Of a DNA stretch of 64,000 bases, positions 23,571 to 33,198 are shown piece after piece (the stretch's first letter is position 1; each line of letters starts with the position of its first letter). The stretch covers positions 93,990 to 157,989 of the forward strand of contig NZ_JAIRAU010000047.1 in NCBI RefSeq assembly GCF_020073745.1, in the 5' to 3' direction. A model generated the notes under the pieces. The model was given only the letters and a program-made list of their open reading frames with translations, did not search any database and had not been told where the DNA came from. The stretch is from Nannocystis pusilla. Lineage in GTDB: Bacteria > Myxococcota_A > Polyangia > Nannocystales > Nannocystaceae. A program made the translations under genes and the position numbers.

Positions 23571-24485
23571 ATGCTGCAGTTCGGCCTCGTCGCCATCCTC
23601 GCCTCGCCGCTCCCCTGGACCGCGCCTGGGCCCGCGCCCAGTCCGATCTACGGCGGCGACCTCGTCGAGCCGGGCTCGTGGCCGAGCGTCGTGGCGATCC
23701 TCATGGGCGACGTGCTGTGCACCGGCACCCTCGTCAGCGACACCGTCGTCCTCACCGCCGCGCACTGCCTCGACAGCAACCCCTCGCCGTCGCTCATGCA
23801 CGTGGTCGTCGGCGAGGACGTGTTTTCCCAGTACGACGAGGTCGTCGGGGTCGTCGAGCACGGCTCGCACCCCGACTTCTGCGGCACCGACCCCGACGTG
23901 TGCAAGGTCGACATCTGGGACTACGGCTACGTCGTGCTCGATCGGCCGATCACCAGCGTCGAGCCGACGCGGCCGATCGCCAGCCAGGCCGAGTGGGACG
24001 AGTCGATGTACGTCGGCGCCCCGATCACCGTGGTCGGCTTCGGCGACGACGAGAAGGACCTCAAGGGCTTCAAGCGCCAGGTCGACGTCGAGATCGTCCG
24101 CTTCAGCACCACCGGCCTCGAGTTCCAGGCCGGCGGCATGGGCTTCGACTCGTGCCAGGGCGACTCGGGCGGCCCCGCGTTCGTCACGCTCGCCTCCGGC
24201 GAGCTCGCGCTCGCGGGCGTCGTCTCGCGCGGCTACACCTGCGGCAAGGGCGGCTTCTACGGCATCCCTTACGCCGCGCTGTGCTGGCTGAACCAGGAGA
24301 CAGGCGTCGACCTGCGCACCGACGCGTGCGAGGCCTGCGACTGCCTCGACATCTCGCCGAAGTCGGACGAAGGCTGCGGCTGCCGCAGCGGCGACGCCGG
24401 CGGCTCGTTCGGGCTCGCCGTGTTGCTCGCGCTCGTCGGCCTCAGAAGATCTGGGGCCCGACGACGACGTACGTCTCGGCCTTGA
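23571..24485 (+). CDS. secreted trypsin-like serine protease (S1) with MYXO-CTERM-like C-terminal sorting tail
   Basis: TAAHC, DYGYVVLD and GDSGGP motifs are present. The C-terminal GCGCRSGDAGGSFGLAVLLALVGLRRSGARRRR resembles MYXO-CTERM. Confidence 0.75.
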   Translation: MLQFGLVAILASPLPWTAPGPAPSPIYGGDLVEPGSWPSVVAILMGDVLCTGTLVSDTVVLTAAHCLDSNPSPSLMHVVVGEDVFSQYDEVVGVVEHGSHPDFCGTDPDVCKVDIWDYGYVVLDRPITSVEPTRPIASQAEWDESMYVGAPITVVGFGDDEKDLKGFKRQVDVEIVRFSTTGLEFQAGGMGFDSCQGDSGGPAFVTLASGELALAGVVSRGYTCGKGGFYGIPYAALCWLNQETGVDLRTDACEACDCLDISPKSDEGCGCRSGDAGGSFGLAVLLALVGLRRSGARRRRTSRP

Positions 24486-25212
24486 GCACCTCGAGCAGCC
24501 CGGCCTCGATCGCCGCCTTGTCGTAGCTGGCGAAGTCGAGGCCGCGGAAGAACGCGTCGTAGGTCTTGGCGACCGTCAGCGCCTTGCCGCCCGGCTCCTT
24601 GCCGGTGATCACGAGCGGGCGGCCCTCCACGGAGGTGCTCAGGTCGAGCTCGACGATCGCCGTCTGATTGGTCTTGAAGCCGAAGTTGGCGCCCTCGCTC
24701 CCGTTCGCCAGGTCTCGCGCCGTGCCGGCGAGGTAGACCGTGATCCCCTCGATCGGCGCGTGGCCCTTGACCGTGTACGGCGTGTCGAACGCCTGCTCGG
24801 CCAGCGACGACTGGTAGCGGCCGTACTCGACGCGCAGCTTGCAATATGACCCTTCGGGCAGGTCGACCATGGCGAAGTCGACGAGGTCCTGATCCTGCGC
24901 CAGCTGGTACTCGGGGAACGGACCGTAGGGCAGCTCGAAGTCGAAGCTCTCGCCGGCGCACGACTCGATCTGCGCCGCGGTCATCACGATCACGCCCTCG
25001 GCCAACGAGATTTCCCAGCCCTTGTCGTTGACGAACACGCGGGCAGCGTCGGGCTCGCCGAAATCCGGCAGAACCCCGTTCGCGTCGCGCGTACCGTGGT
25101 GCGAGATGGCCAGCGAAACCTTCGTCGTCGGGTTCAACAGCGACTCGCAAGCTGCCAGGCTCATCGTCGCCAGGGTCGCCAACACAACGCGTCGCGTGCT
25201 CCGCATCATCGT
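24442..25212 (-). CDS. hypothetical lipoprotein
   Basis: The N-terminus MTMMRSTRRVVLATLATMSLAAC carries a lipobox. The gene is convergent with, and overlaps the end of, the protease gene. The start is uncertain (alternatives up to 25293). Confidence 0.5.
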   Translation of the reverse strand, partial: TMMRSTRRVVLATLATMSLAACESLLNPTTKVSLAISHHGTRDANGVLPDFGEPDAARVFVNDKGWEISLAEGVIVMTAAQIESCAGESFDFELPYGPFPEYQLAQDQDLVDFAMVDLPEGSYCKLRVEYGRYQSSLAEQAFDTPYTVKGHAPIEGITVYLAGTARDLANGSEGANFGFKTNQTAIVELDLSTSVEGRPLVITGKEPGGKALTVAKTYDAFFRGLDFASYDKAAIEAGLLEVLKAETYVVVGPQIF

Positions 25213-25357
25213 CATAAGTTGGGGCATCTTAGCCATGAACCCCTGTGACCCGGAACTACTCTTTCGCCAAAGCGCGTGCGCTAGCGAGGTCACGCGGGCG
25301 AACCTGCTCCGGCGAATCCGGCGCAGGACCCGACGGCGGACCGGCGCGGCCCCCGAG

Positions 25358-27232
25358 TCACGGTCCCGCGGGCCTGAGCCCGCGCCGCGGCCGCCTGCCG
25401 CCTGCGACGTGCGACACGCTCGATGTACGCGACGCTCCTCCCTCCGGCGGCACCAGACAAGAAGGTCCGTGACCGATGAGAGCAGCGCGACCGGCTCGCC
25501 GCAGCGCCTCGCGGGCGAGGTGATGCTGCGACTCGTCCCAATAAAGAAGTAGCGACTTCTGCAGCTTCTTCTCGCGCAGCTCTTTCGCCGTGTAGACCGG
25601 CGCGCGCGTGAAGGGATCGCGACCCGTGTAGTACATGCAGGTCGCCATGCTCATCGGCGTGGGAATGAAGTCCTGCACCTGTCGCGGCCGGACGCCCCGC
25701 GCCTTGAGCCATAGCGCGAGATCGACCATGTCGTCGAGCGTGCTGCCGGGGTGCCCCGAAATGAAGTACGGCACCAAATGCTGATCTTTGCCGGCGGCCT
25801 CGCTCGCGCACGCGAACTGCTCGGCGAAGCGCTCGTAGCTGGCGACGCCCGGCTTCTTCATCCGCGCGAGCACCTCGTCCTTCACGTGCTCCGGCGCCAC
25901 GGACAATTGTCCGCCGGTATGGTGTGTGGCGAGCTCGCGGATGAACGCCGGAGATCGTTCTGCCAGGTCGTAGCGGACACCCGACGCGATGAACACGCGG
26001 CGCACGCCCTCGGACTGGCGCACCTTCTTCAGCAGGTCGACCAGCGGCGCGTGGTCGGTGTCGAGGTTCTCGCACACTCCCGGGTGCACGCACGACAGCT
26101 TCCGACACGCGCGCTCGATCTCCTCGCTCTTGCAGCGCATGCGATACATGTTGGCCGTCGGCCCGCCGACGTCGGAGATCACCCCGCGGAAGTCGCCCAT
26201 GCGACGCAGCGCCCGGATCTCGCGCAGCACGCTCTCGGCCGAGCGCGACTGAATGATGCGGCCCTCGTGCTCGGTGATCGAGCAGAACGTGCAGCCGCCG
26301 AAGCAGCCGCGCATCGTCACGATCGAGTGCTTGACCGTCTCGAACGCCGGGATCTTGCTGCCCTCGTACGTCCAGTGCGGGCGGCGCACGAACGGCAGGT
26401 CGTAGAGCTGATCCATGTCGCGCATGTCGAGCGGCAGCGCCGGCGGGTTGCAGTAGAGCGCCCGGTCGCCGTGCGGCTGGATCAGCGGGCGCCCGTTGCC
26501 CGGGTTGGTCTCGTGCTGGAACGCCCGCGACATCTCGAGGAACGCGTCCTTGTCGGCGCTCACCGCCTCGAAGCTCGGCAGGTGCAGCGGCAGCCCGTCG
26601 CGCACGTAGCGGCTCTTCGGCAGGTGCTCCCACTGCCCCTTGGGCAGCATCACCGCGGTGCCGCGGACGTCGCGGATCGTGCCGATGTCTTCGCCCGCCT
26701 TGAGGCGGCGCGCGAGCTCCCACACCGGCCGCTCGCCCATGCCGAAGATCAGCAGGTCGGCCTTGCTGTCGACCAGCACCGAGCGGCGCACCTGGTCGCT
26801 CCAGTAGTCGTAGTGGGCGATTCGCCGCAGGCTCGCCTCGATGCCGCCGAGCACCACCGGCAGCCCCGGGAACGCCTGCCGGGCCAGGTTCGCGTAGACG
26901 ATGCTGGCGCGGTTCGGCCGCTGCTCGAGCGCGCCGTCGGGCGAGTACTGGTCCTCGCCGCGGACCTTCTTCTGCGCCGTCAGCTTGTTGAGCATCGAGT
27001 CGAGGTTGCCCGCCGTGATGCCGACGAACAGCCGCGGCCGGCCCAGGCGTGAGATGTCCTTCGGGTCATCCCAGCGCGGCTGCGCGATCATCCCGACCCG
27101 CAGCCCGCGGCCCTCGAGGAACCGGCCGATCAGCGCCCCGCCGAACGCCGGGTGGTCGACGTACGCGTCGCCGTTGATGATGAGGACGTCGAGCTCGTCC
27201 CACCCGCGCGCGTCCATCTCCTCGCGGGTCAT
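25358..27232 (-). CDS. YgiQ-family (UPF0313) radical SAM protein
   Basis: The N-terminus MTREEMDARGWDELDVLIINGDAYVDHPAFG and the cluster RGCFGGCTFCSI are hallmarks of YgiQ. An Arg/Gly-rich C-terminal tail follows. Confidence 0.8.
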   Translation of the reverse strand: MTREEMDARGWDELDVLIINGDAYVDHPAFGGALIGRFLEGRGLRVGMIAQPRWDDPKDISRLGRPRLFVGITAGNLDSMLNKLTAQKKVRGEDQYSPDGALEQRPNRASIVYANLARQAFPGLPVVLGGIEASLRRIAHYDYWSDQVRRSVLVDSKADLLIFGMGERPVWELARRLKAGEDIGTIRDVRGTAVMLPKGQWEHLPKSRYVRDGLPLHLPSFEAVSADKDAFLEMSRAFQHETNPGNGRPLIQPHGDRALYCNPPALPLDMRDMDQLYDLPFVRRPHWTYEGSKIPAFETVKHSIVTMRGCFGGCTFCSITEHEGRIIQSRSAESVLREIRALRRMGDFRGVISDVGGPTANMYRMRCKSEEIERACRKLSCVHPGVCENLDTDHAPLVDLLKKVRQSEGVRRVFIASGVRYDLAERSPAFIRELATHHTGGQLSVAPEHVKDEVLARMKKPGVASYERFAEQFACASEAAGKDQHLVPYFISGHPGSTLDDMVDLALWLKARGVRPRQVQDFIPTPMSMATCMYYTGRDPFTRAPVYTAKELREKKLQKSLLLYWDESQHHLAREALRRAGRAALIGHGPSCLVPPEGGASRTSSVSHVAGGRRPRRGLRPAGP

Positions 27233-27397
27233 CGGCAGGAACGCCCGCAGGTCGCGCGGCGGCGCCGTCTTGCTGGCCCTGAGCTGGACGAGCGACATGC
27301 GGCGAACACTAGTCGATCCGGCGCCGGCGCGCCCGCGCCCGCGCGTGCGCCACCTCTTGCCGCGGGCTCGCCCGGACCCCCCGGCTTCCTCCTATTA

Positions 27398-28174
27398 ATG
27401 CCTCGCATGACCGACGCGCCCGCCCTCGCCGCTCGCGGCCTGTCGCACCGGCTCGCCGATCGGGTCCTCTACGACGGCCTCGACCTCGACCTCCGCCGCG
27501 GCCGGATCTGCGTGGTCGCCGGCCCCAACGGCGCCGGCAAGTCGACCCTCCTGCGCGCCCTCGCCGGCCTCGACCGCCCCCAGGCCGGCCGCATCGAGCT
27601 GCTCGGCGACTCGCTCGCCGCCCTCTCGCCTGCCGCGCGCGCCCGCCGGCTGGCCTATTTGCCGCAGCACTGCCCGGCCGAGCCCGACCTCCTGGTCCGC
27701 GAGGTCGTCCTCCTCGGCCGCCTGCCCAACCTGCCGCGCTTCGGCCCGCCGCGCGACGTCGACGCCGCCGCCGCCGCCGCTGCTCTCGCGCGGCTCGGCC
27801 TCGGCGCCTTCGCCGACAGGCCTGTCGGCCAGCTCAGCGGCGGCGAGCGCCAGCGCGTCATGCTCGCGCGCATGCTCGCCGCCGAGGCCGCCGTCGTCAT
27901 CCTCGACGAGCCGGCGGCCGGCCTCGACATCGGCCACGCGCTCGGCCTCTACCGCCACTTGCGGGCGCTCGCAGGCGAGGGCGTCGCCGTCCTCGTCGCC
28001 GAGCACGACCTCGACCTCGCCCGCCGCCACGCCGACGACGCCGTGCTCCTGGCCGCCGGCCGCGCCCGCGTCGGTCCCTGCAGCGCCGTCTTCAGCCCCG
28101 AGCACCTCGGCGCCGCGTTCGGCGTGGTCGCCCGCGAGCGAGACGGCCGCCTGTGGTTCGAGGCGTCCACCTAG
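27398..28174 (+). CDS. ABC transporter ATP-binding protein (FecE/HmuV-like), orphan with no adjacent permease
   Basis: Walker A (GPNGAGKST), the signature LSGGERQRV and Walker B (VVILDEP) are present. Confidence 0.8.
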   Translation: MPRMTDAPALAARGLSHRLADRVLYDGLDLDLRRGRICVVAGPNGAGKSTLLRALAGLDRPQAGRIELLGDSLAALSPAARARRLAYLPQHCPAEPDLLVREVVLLGRLPNLPRFGPPRDVDAAAAAAALARLGLGAFADRPVGQLSGGERQRVMLARMLAAEAAVVILDEPAAGLDIGHALGLYRHLRALAGEGVAVLVAEHDLDLARRHADDAVLLAAGRARVGPCSAVFSPEHLGAAFGVVARERDGRLWFEAST

Positions 28175-28408
28175 GGGACGTCGAGCCGCGCCGAACATCG
28201 ATCCATTCGCACGCGGTGACAGGCCCGCGAGCCGCGACGAAGCGGCGGCGGCCGACATCGTTCGCCGCGACAGGCGAGGGAGGGTCGACATGCCTCGCTC
28301 GCGACCCGCTCGTGGGCTCGACCGACGACAGTCGCGCGAACGAAGTCAACCACGCAATTGTTCAGCGTCCCGCTGTCACTTTCTCCTGTCGCCCTCAAGG
28401 AGCCGCCG

Positions 28409-30295
28409 ATGTCCGCGCGAACCGAGCCGATTCACGCCCGCTCACTGCTCGTCGACTGCATGACCGTCTCGCTCGCCGCGCTGGTCCTCGCGTGCGAGCC
28501 CGCCGACGCCCCCGGCGATCCGGGAGCCCTCATCGACGTCGTCATGACCAGCCGCGTCGGCGTCGTCCTCGACGAGTTCCCCGCGGGCACGCGCGACCGC
28601 GCCGCCGAGCTGTTCCTCGCCAAGCCGCTCGCGTTTTGGGAGGCCCGCGCGCGCCGGCAGACGCGCATGACCAACTACCGCCTCGCCTTCCGTCAGTTCT
28701 TCCACGACGACAAGTTGCAGCTCCCGCTCCCGCCCGACGCCGGCCTTCACTACGAGTTCGCCGCGGGCGGCGCCCGTCGCGACAGCGTCGACGGCCACGA
28801 CGTCGTCGTCATCGACTACACCCTCACCGGCACCCTCCTCGGCGACGTCGCCTCGATCCCCGCCTCCGAGCCCGCGCTCGTCGACGTCGGCGGCACCTGG
28901 GAGGAGCCCTTCGTCCTCCCGCTCGACCCCGAGTACCTGCGCCAGCGCACCGGCTACGCCTGCGTCGACGAGGAGGACTTCCCGCCCGACTCCTCCGACG
29001 AGGAGAACATCGCCGAATTCTTCGATCACGAGTGCGACGTCGAGGTCGCGCCCGACTACGCCTGTCACCTCAGCGAGCCGCGGCCGACCGAGTCGTGCGT
29101 CGACGCGCTGCACCACCACGTCGGCGCCGTCGACACCGTCGTCCGCTTCGAGCGGCGCGCCTGGGACCCGCAGCGCGCCGACGAGGTGCGGCTCGGCGAG
29201 GTCACCACCCCCGACGCGCCCGACCTCGCCGTCGTCGGCGACGTCATCGGCAGCTCCGCCCGCCTCGTCTACCGCTACATCGCCCCCGACAGCTGCACCA
29301 TGCGCGAGGGCTGCGTCGGCGGGTCCGGCTGGCGCCGCCTGCTGCAGTTCGACGCCAGCGTGCAGAACGTCGGCGGCGCCGACCTCCACCTCGGCGAGGT
29401 CGACTACTACGGCGACGGCCTCGACAGCGAGCTCGCCGCCCGCAACATCTACGAGTACAGCGACTGCCACCGGCACTATCACTTCCGCTTCTACGGCGAC
29501 TTCATGTACGCCAGCGACGAGCACGCCGAGGGCTTCAAGCAGTCGTTCTGCCTGCAGACCACCTCGCGCGCCGGCAACCACGAGAAGAGCCCGCTCAACA
29601 CCCCCTACGGCAGCTGCGACTACCAGGGCATCGCCGCCGGCTGGGGCGACGACTACATCGCCGGCCTCGACTGTCAGTGGGTCGACGTCACCGACGTCGC
29701 CGTCCCGGGCCCCGCCGTCACCGCGCCCCTGGTCTTCACCTCCAACCCCGATCGTTTCCTCTGCGAGGGCGCGCCCGTGCTCGACGACGCCGGCGCCCTC
29801 CGCTACGAGCCCACCGACCTCCGGACCGAGACCGGCGCCGCCATCGAGCGGCCCATGTGCGAGTTCAGCAGCGGCTGGGACGGCAACAACGTCGGCGAGC
29901 GCCCGGTCGAGCTCCCCGCCGTCGGCAGCTACGTCACCGCCGCCTGCGACCGCGAGCAGGAGGGCCCGCTGCGCAACTGCGGCTTCGCCGAGCAGACCGC
30001 CGCCATCACCTGCAACGCCGGCGAGACCGTCGAGCTCGGGTGCACGATCCCCGCCGGCGCCGCGCCCATGGCCGTGCGCGTGTGCCCCGTCAGCGCCGTC
30101 CTCGGCGTCCCGCTCGCGTGCACCTACGTCCACGCGCTCGGCAACGGCGTCGTCGCCGACGGCGCCATGGCCACCGTCCGCTTCACCTGCCCCGCCCCGC
30201 TCGCCGCCGACGAGCCCGGCGGCGAGGTCTCCCTGTTCACCGCCCCGCTCCTGCGCAGCGACCCGGGCGTCGAGGTCGCGTGCATGCCGCTGTGA
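28409..30295 (+). CDS. lysyl oxidase-like copper amine oxidase (LOX catalytic domain) lipoprotein
   Basis: YSDCHRHYHFRF corresponds to WEWHSCHQHYH (the Cu-binding His). GFKQSFCLQTT corresponds to GHKASFCLEDT (the LTQ Lys). LDCQWVDVTDV corresponds to IDCQWIDITDV. A lipobox (LAALVLAC) is present. Confidence 0.7.
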   Translation: MSARTEPIHARSLLVDCMTVSLAALVLACEPADAPGDPGALIDVVMTSRVGVVLDEFPAGTRDRAAELFLAKPLAFWEARARRQTRMTNYRLAFRQFFHDDKLQLPLPPDAGLHYEFAAGGARRDSVDGHDVVVIDYTLTGTLLGDVASIPASEPALVDVGGTWEEPFVLPLDPEYLRQRTGYACVDEEDFPPDSSDEENIAEFFDHECDVEVAPDYACHLSEPRPTESCVDALHHHVGAVDTVVRFERRAWDPQRADEVRLGEVTTPDAPDLAVVGDVIGSSARLVYRYIAPDSCTMREGCVGGSGWRRLLQFDASVQNVGGADLHLGEVDYYGDGLDSELAARNIYEYSDCHRHYHFRFYGDFMYASDEHAEGFKQSFCLQTTSRAGNHEKSPLNTPYGSCDYQGIAAGWGDDYIAGLDCQWVDVTDVAVPGPAVTAPLVFTSNPDRFLCEGAPVLDDAGALRYEPTDLRTETGAAIERPMCEFSSGWDGNNVGERPVELPAVGSYVTAACDREQEGPLRNCGFAEQTAAITCNAGETVELGCTIPAGAAPMAVRVCPVSAVLGVPLACTYVHALGNGVVADGAMATVRFTCPAPLAADEPGGEVSLFTAPLLRSDPGVEVACMPL

Positions 30296-30348
30296 CGTAT
30301 CACTCAGGACATGTTCACAAGACCATGTCTCGAAGGACAGCACATCCC

Positions 30349-31464
30349 ATGCCCCGCCGCGAGCAACTCGCCTCCCCGCCCCTCGCGCCCCTCGCCCTCC
30401 TGTTCACGGCCCTGGTCGCCGACCCCGCGCGCGCCGGCAACCCCGTCCGTCCGCGCACCCCCGTCGTCCACCTCGACGAGACCTGCCTCGTCACCCTCGA
30501 TCGCGCCGTCACGCCCACCGCCGCGCTCGCGTACACGATCCCGCACGAGGACACCTGCGACCTCCCCCACGGCGCGCCGACCCACCAGTTCTTCGCCCTC
30601 TGCCGCGCGCTCGCCCCCGGCGAGTCGCTCCCGCAGTGGCTGTCCGAGCTCGACCTGCACGCCGCCCTCGCCACCGGCGTCCTCCTCCCGCCCGTCGGCC
30701 CCGCCGACATCGTCGCCCTCGCCCCCGAGTGGTCGGGCTGCATCACCCCGATCGCAGCCCCGCGCCCGATCGACTGCGAGGCCGCGCGCGAGCCCGTCCT
30801 CTGGGAGCTTCACGACATGTCCCCCGGGACATACGCGGTCGCGGCCTACACCTTCCACCCGCCCGCCAACCTGTGGACCCCGCGCCGCGGCCTGTTCCGG
30901 ATCGTCGACAGCGCCGCCGGCGAGCTGCCCCCCGCCGCCGCGTTCGCCAACCGCGAGACCTTCGTGTACGACGGCGAGGCCCTCGACCTCCAGGTCTGCG
31001 TCGGCGCCGAGCCGGGCGCCACCGTCGACCTCGCCTACGCCCTGCACGCCGCCCCGGACACCTGGTTCCCGATCGCCGCCGACCTGCCGATCGCCGGCGA
31101 TCGCCTGCACGTCCCCTGGGACCCGCCCCCCGAGCTCGCGGCCACCGAGCTGCGCCTGCGCGTCGACATCCGCGACCCCTCCGGGCGCACCGCCACCGCC
31201 GTCGCCCCGGAGCTCGTCCACGTCCTCGCCGTCCCCGGCGAGAGCGCCGAGCCGACCGTCCCCGACCCCGACCCCGGCATCTGCCACGCCCCCGGCCCGG
31301 AGCTGCCCGCCGTCGACTGCGAGGAACGCTCCGGCGCAAAAGGACAGGTCTCTGAAGACATATCCCTCAGGACATCCTGCCATCTCGCCGCGGCCTGCCC
31401 GCCCCCGCTGCTGGCCCTGCTCCTGCTCGTCCGCCGCCGGCGCGCCGGCGCGCCACGAAAATAG
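30349..31464 (+). CDS. hypothetical secreted protein with MYXO-CTERM-like tail (…CPPPLLALLLLVRRRRAGA)
   Basis: A signal peptide (LAPLALLFTALVADPARA) and a C-terminal Cys-hydrophobic-RRRR tail are present. An alternative start lies at 30325. The sequence is flanked at both ends by GGACAT-type motifs. Confidence 0.55.
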   Translation: MPRREQLASPPLAPLALLFTALVADPARAGNPVRPRTPVVHLDETCLVTLDRAVTPTAALAYTIPHEDTCDLPHGAPTHQFFALCRALAPGESLPQWLSELDLHAALATGVLLPPVGPADIVALAPEWSGCITPIAAPRPIDCEAAREPVLWELHDMSPGTYAVAAYTFHPPANLWTPRRGLFRIVDSAAGELPPAAAFANRETFVYDGEALDLQVCVGAEPGATVDLAYALHAAPDTWFPIAADLPIAGDRLHVPWDPPPELAATELRLRVDIRDPSGRTATAVAPELVHVLAVPGESAEPTVPDPDPGICHAPGPELPAVDCEERSGAKGQVSEDISLRTSCHLAAACPPPLLALLLLVRRRRAGAPRK

Positions 31465-31502
31465 TTCGACGGCACCCGCCGGTGCCGGGGACTTCACAGG
31501 TC

Positions 31503-32177
31503 ATGACCGCCTCGCGCCCCGCATTGCTCGCCCTATCCCTCCTCCTCGTCACCACGGCCCCCGCCTGCGTGCTCACCCCCGAGCTCATCGGCGAGACGCT
31601 CACCGAGGGCGGGGACTCCGCCGCGACCATCTCCGCCAGCACCGAGTTGACCGTCACGACCCTCACCGGCGCCACGGACATCGGCGCCACCACGGAATCC
31701 ATCGCCAACCCGAACCCGCTGCTCTACGGCCAGCCGTGCGAGCTCATCGCCGAGGCGTGGGAGGAGACCGCCGACCCGCCCGACGGGGACGAAGTCCTCC
31801 AACCGCAGGCCACCGCGCTCTCCTCGAGCGAGCGATGCGCGTCCGGCATGTGCCTCCTGACCTACGACGACCCGCTGCCGGTCGATTGCGAGACCCACGC
31901 CGACTGTGGCAAGCCCGAAGCCGTCTGCTCCGACGCCGGCCAGTGCATGCTCGCGCCCGCGTACGTCGCCGACCACACCCGCTGCACGCAGGCCTGCGAG
32001 ACCGCGGCCGACTGCCCAGACATCCCGGGTTGCCAGACGGGCGTCTCCTGCGCGATCGCCAGCCGCCTCGGCGAAAATTGCTGCCAACCCGTGTGCGCGT
32101 GCAACGACCACCTCAGCGTCAGCCGCAGCGAGGAGCTCGCCGCCATCTGCGCGGCCAATCCGCCCGGGTGCGACTGA
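31503..32177 (+). CDS. Cys-rich secreted lipoprotein (hypothetical)
   Basis: A lipobox (LLLVTTAPAC) and a Thr-rich linker are present. Multiple Cys occur in CxxxxC patterns (CETHADCGKPEAVCSDAGQC). Confidence 0.5.
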   Translation: MTASRPALLALSLLLVTTAPACVLTPELIGETLTEGGDSAATISASTELTVTTLTGATDIGATTESIANPNPLLYGQPCELIAEAWEETADPPDGDEVLQPQATALSSSERCASGMCLLTYDDPLPVDCETHADCGKPEAVCSDAGQCMLAPAYVADHTRCTQACETAADCPDIPGCQTGVSCAIASRLGENCCQPVCACNDHLSVSRSEELAAICAANPPGCD

Positions 32178-32372
32178 CGAGCGCCACCCAGCAGGCAGCC
32201 GAGGACCGCGTGCCGCCGCCGCTCGACCTGCACTCCCGGACATGTCCCCGACGACATGCCATGCCCTCACGCGGCACGAGCGCGCGACCCACATGCACTC
32301 CTGGACATGTCCCCGACGACATGTCCCCTCGCGCCGCTCGCCCGCGAACCCCCCAGCCCCCGGCCCCGCGCC

Positions 32373-33197
32373 TCAGCGCGGCAGGAGCCCGGCCGCTCGC
32401 CCGCGCGCGCGCAGCTCGGCCAGCGCCGCCGCGCCCTCGGCCCCCATGTCGCGGGAGAACTGATTGACGTAGAGGGCGATGTGCTGCCGGCACACCTCGT
32501 CGCTCAGCTCCTGCGCGTGCGCCTTGACGAACGGCCACGCCGCGGCCGGGTCGGCCTCCGCCGCCGCGATCGAGCGGGCGATCCCCTCCTCGACCGCGCG
32601 CACCTGCCAGGCCGGCAGCGAGCGGTGGGCCGCGATCACCCCGAGCGGCAGCGGCAGCCCGGTGGCCGCCTCCCACACCTCGCCGAGGTCCGCCACCTGC
32701 ACCAGCCCGTGGTCGCGGAACACGAACCGCGCCTCGTGGATCACCAGCCCCGCGTCGACCTCGCCGGCCGCGACCGCCGGCATGATGCGATCGAAGCGCA
32801 TCGGCACCACCGTCGCCGACGCCGGGGCGAAGCAGCGCAGCAGCAGGTGCGCGGTCGTGTAGGCGCCCGGGATGGCGATCTTGCGCCCCGCCAGTTCGCC
32901 GAGCTCGCCCGCCGCGCGCGCGACCACCAGCGGCCCGCAGCCGCGGCCCAGCGCCGCACCTGTCCGCAAGACCATGTAGTTGTGCTCGACCCAGAACAGC
33001 CCGTGCGCGCTCAGCTTCGTCACCGGCAGCGGCTCCTCGCCGGCCAGCGCGCGCTCGTTGAGCGCCTCGATGTCGGCCAGCCACGGCAGCGGTCGCAGCC
33101 CCGGCACGAACTCCGGCACGCGCACCAGCGCGTCGAACATCCACGTGTCGTTCGGACACGGCGAGAACCCGATCGCCAGCGGCTCGCTCGCGCTCAT
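32373..33197 (-). CDS. mqnD: 1,4-dihydroxy-6-naphthoate synthase (futalosine pathway)
   Basis: The N-terminus LAIGFSPCPNDTWMFDALV matches the MqnD signature (G[FY]SPCPNDTF). The length (274 aa) is right. Confidence 0.8.
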   Translation of the reverse strand: MSASEPLAIGFSPCPNDTWMFDALVRVPEFVPGLRPLPWLADIEALNERALAGEEPLPVTKLSAHGLFWVEHNYMVLRTGAALGRGCGPLVVARAAGELGELAGRKIAIPGAYTTAHLLLRCFAPASATVVPMRFDRIMPAVAAGEVDAGLVIHEARFVFRDHGLVQVADLGEVWEAATGLPLPLGVIAAHRSLPAWQVRAVEEGIARSIAAAEADPAAAWPFVKAHAQELSDEVCRQHIALYVNQFSRDMGAEGAAALAELRARGRAAGLLPR

Positions 33198-33198
33198 C

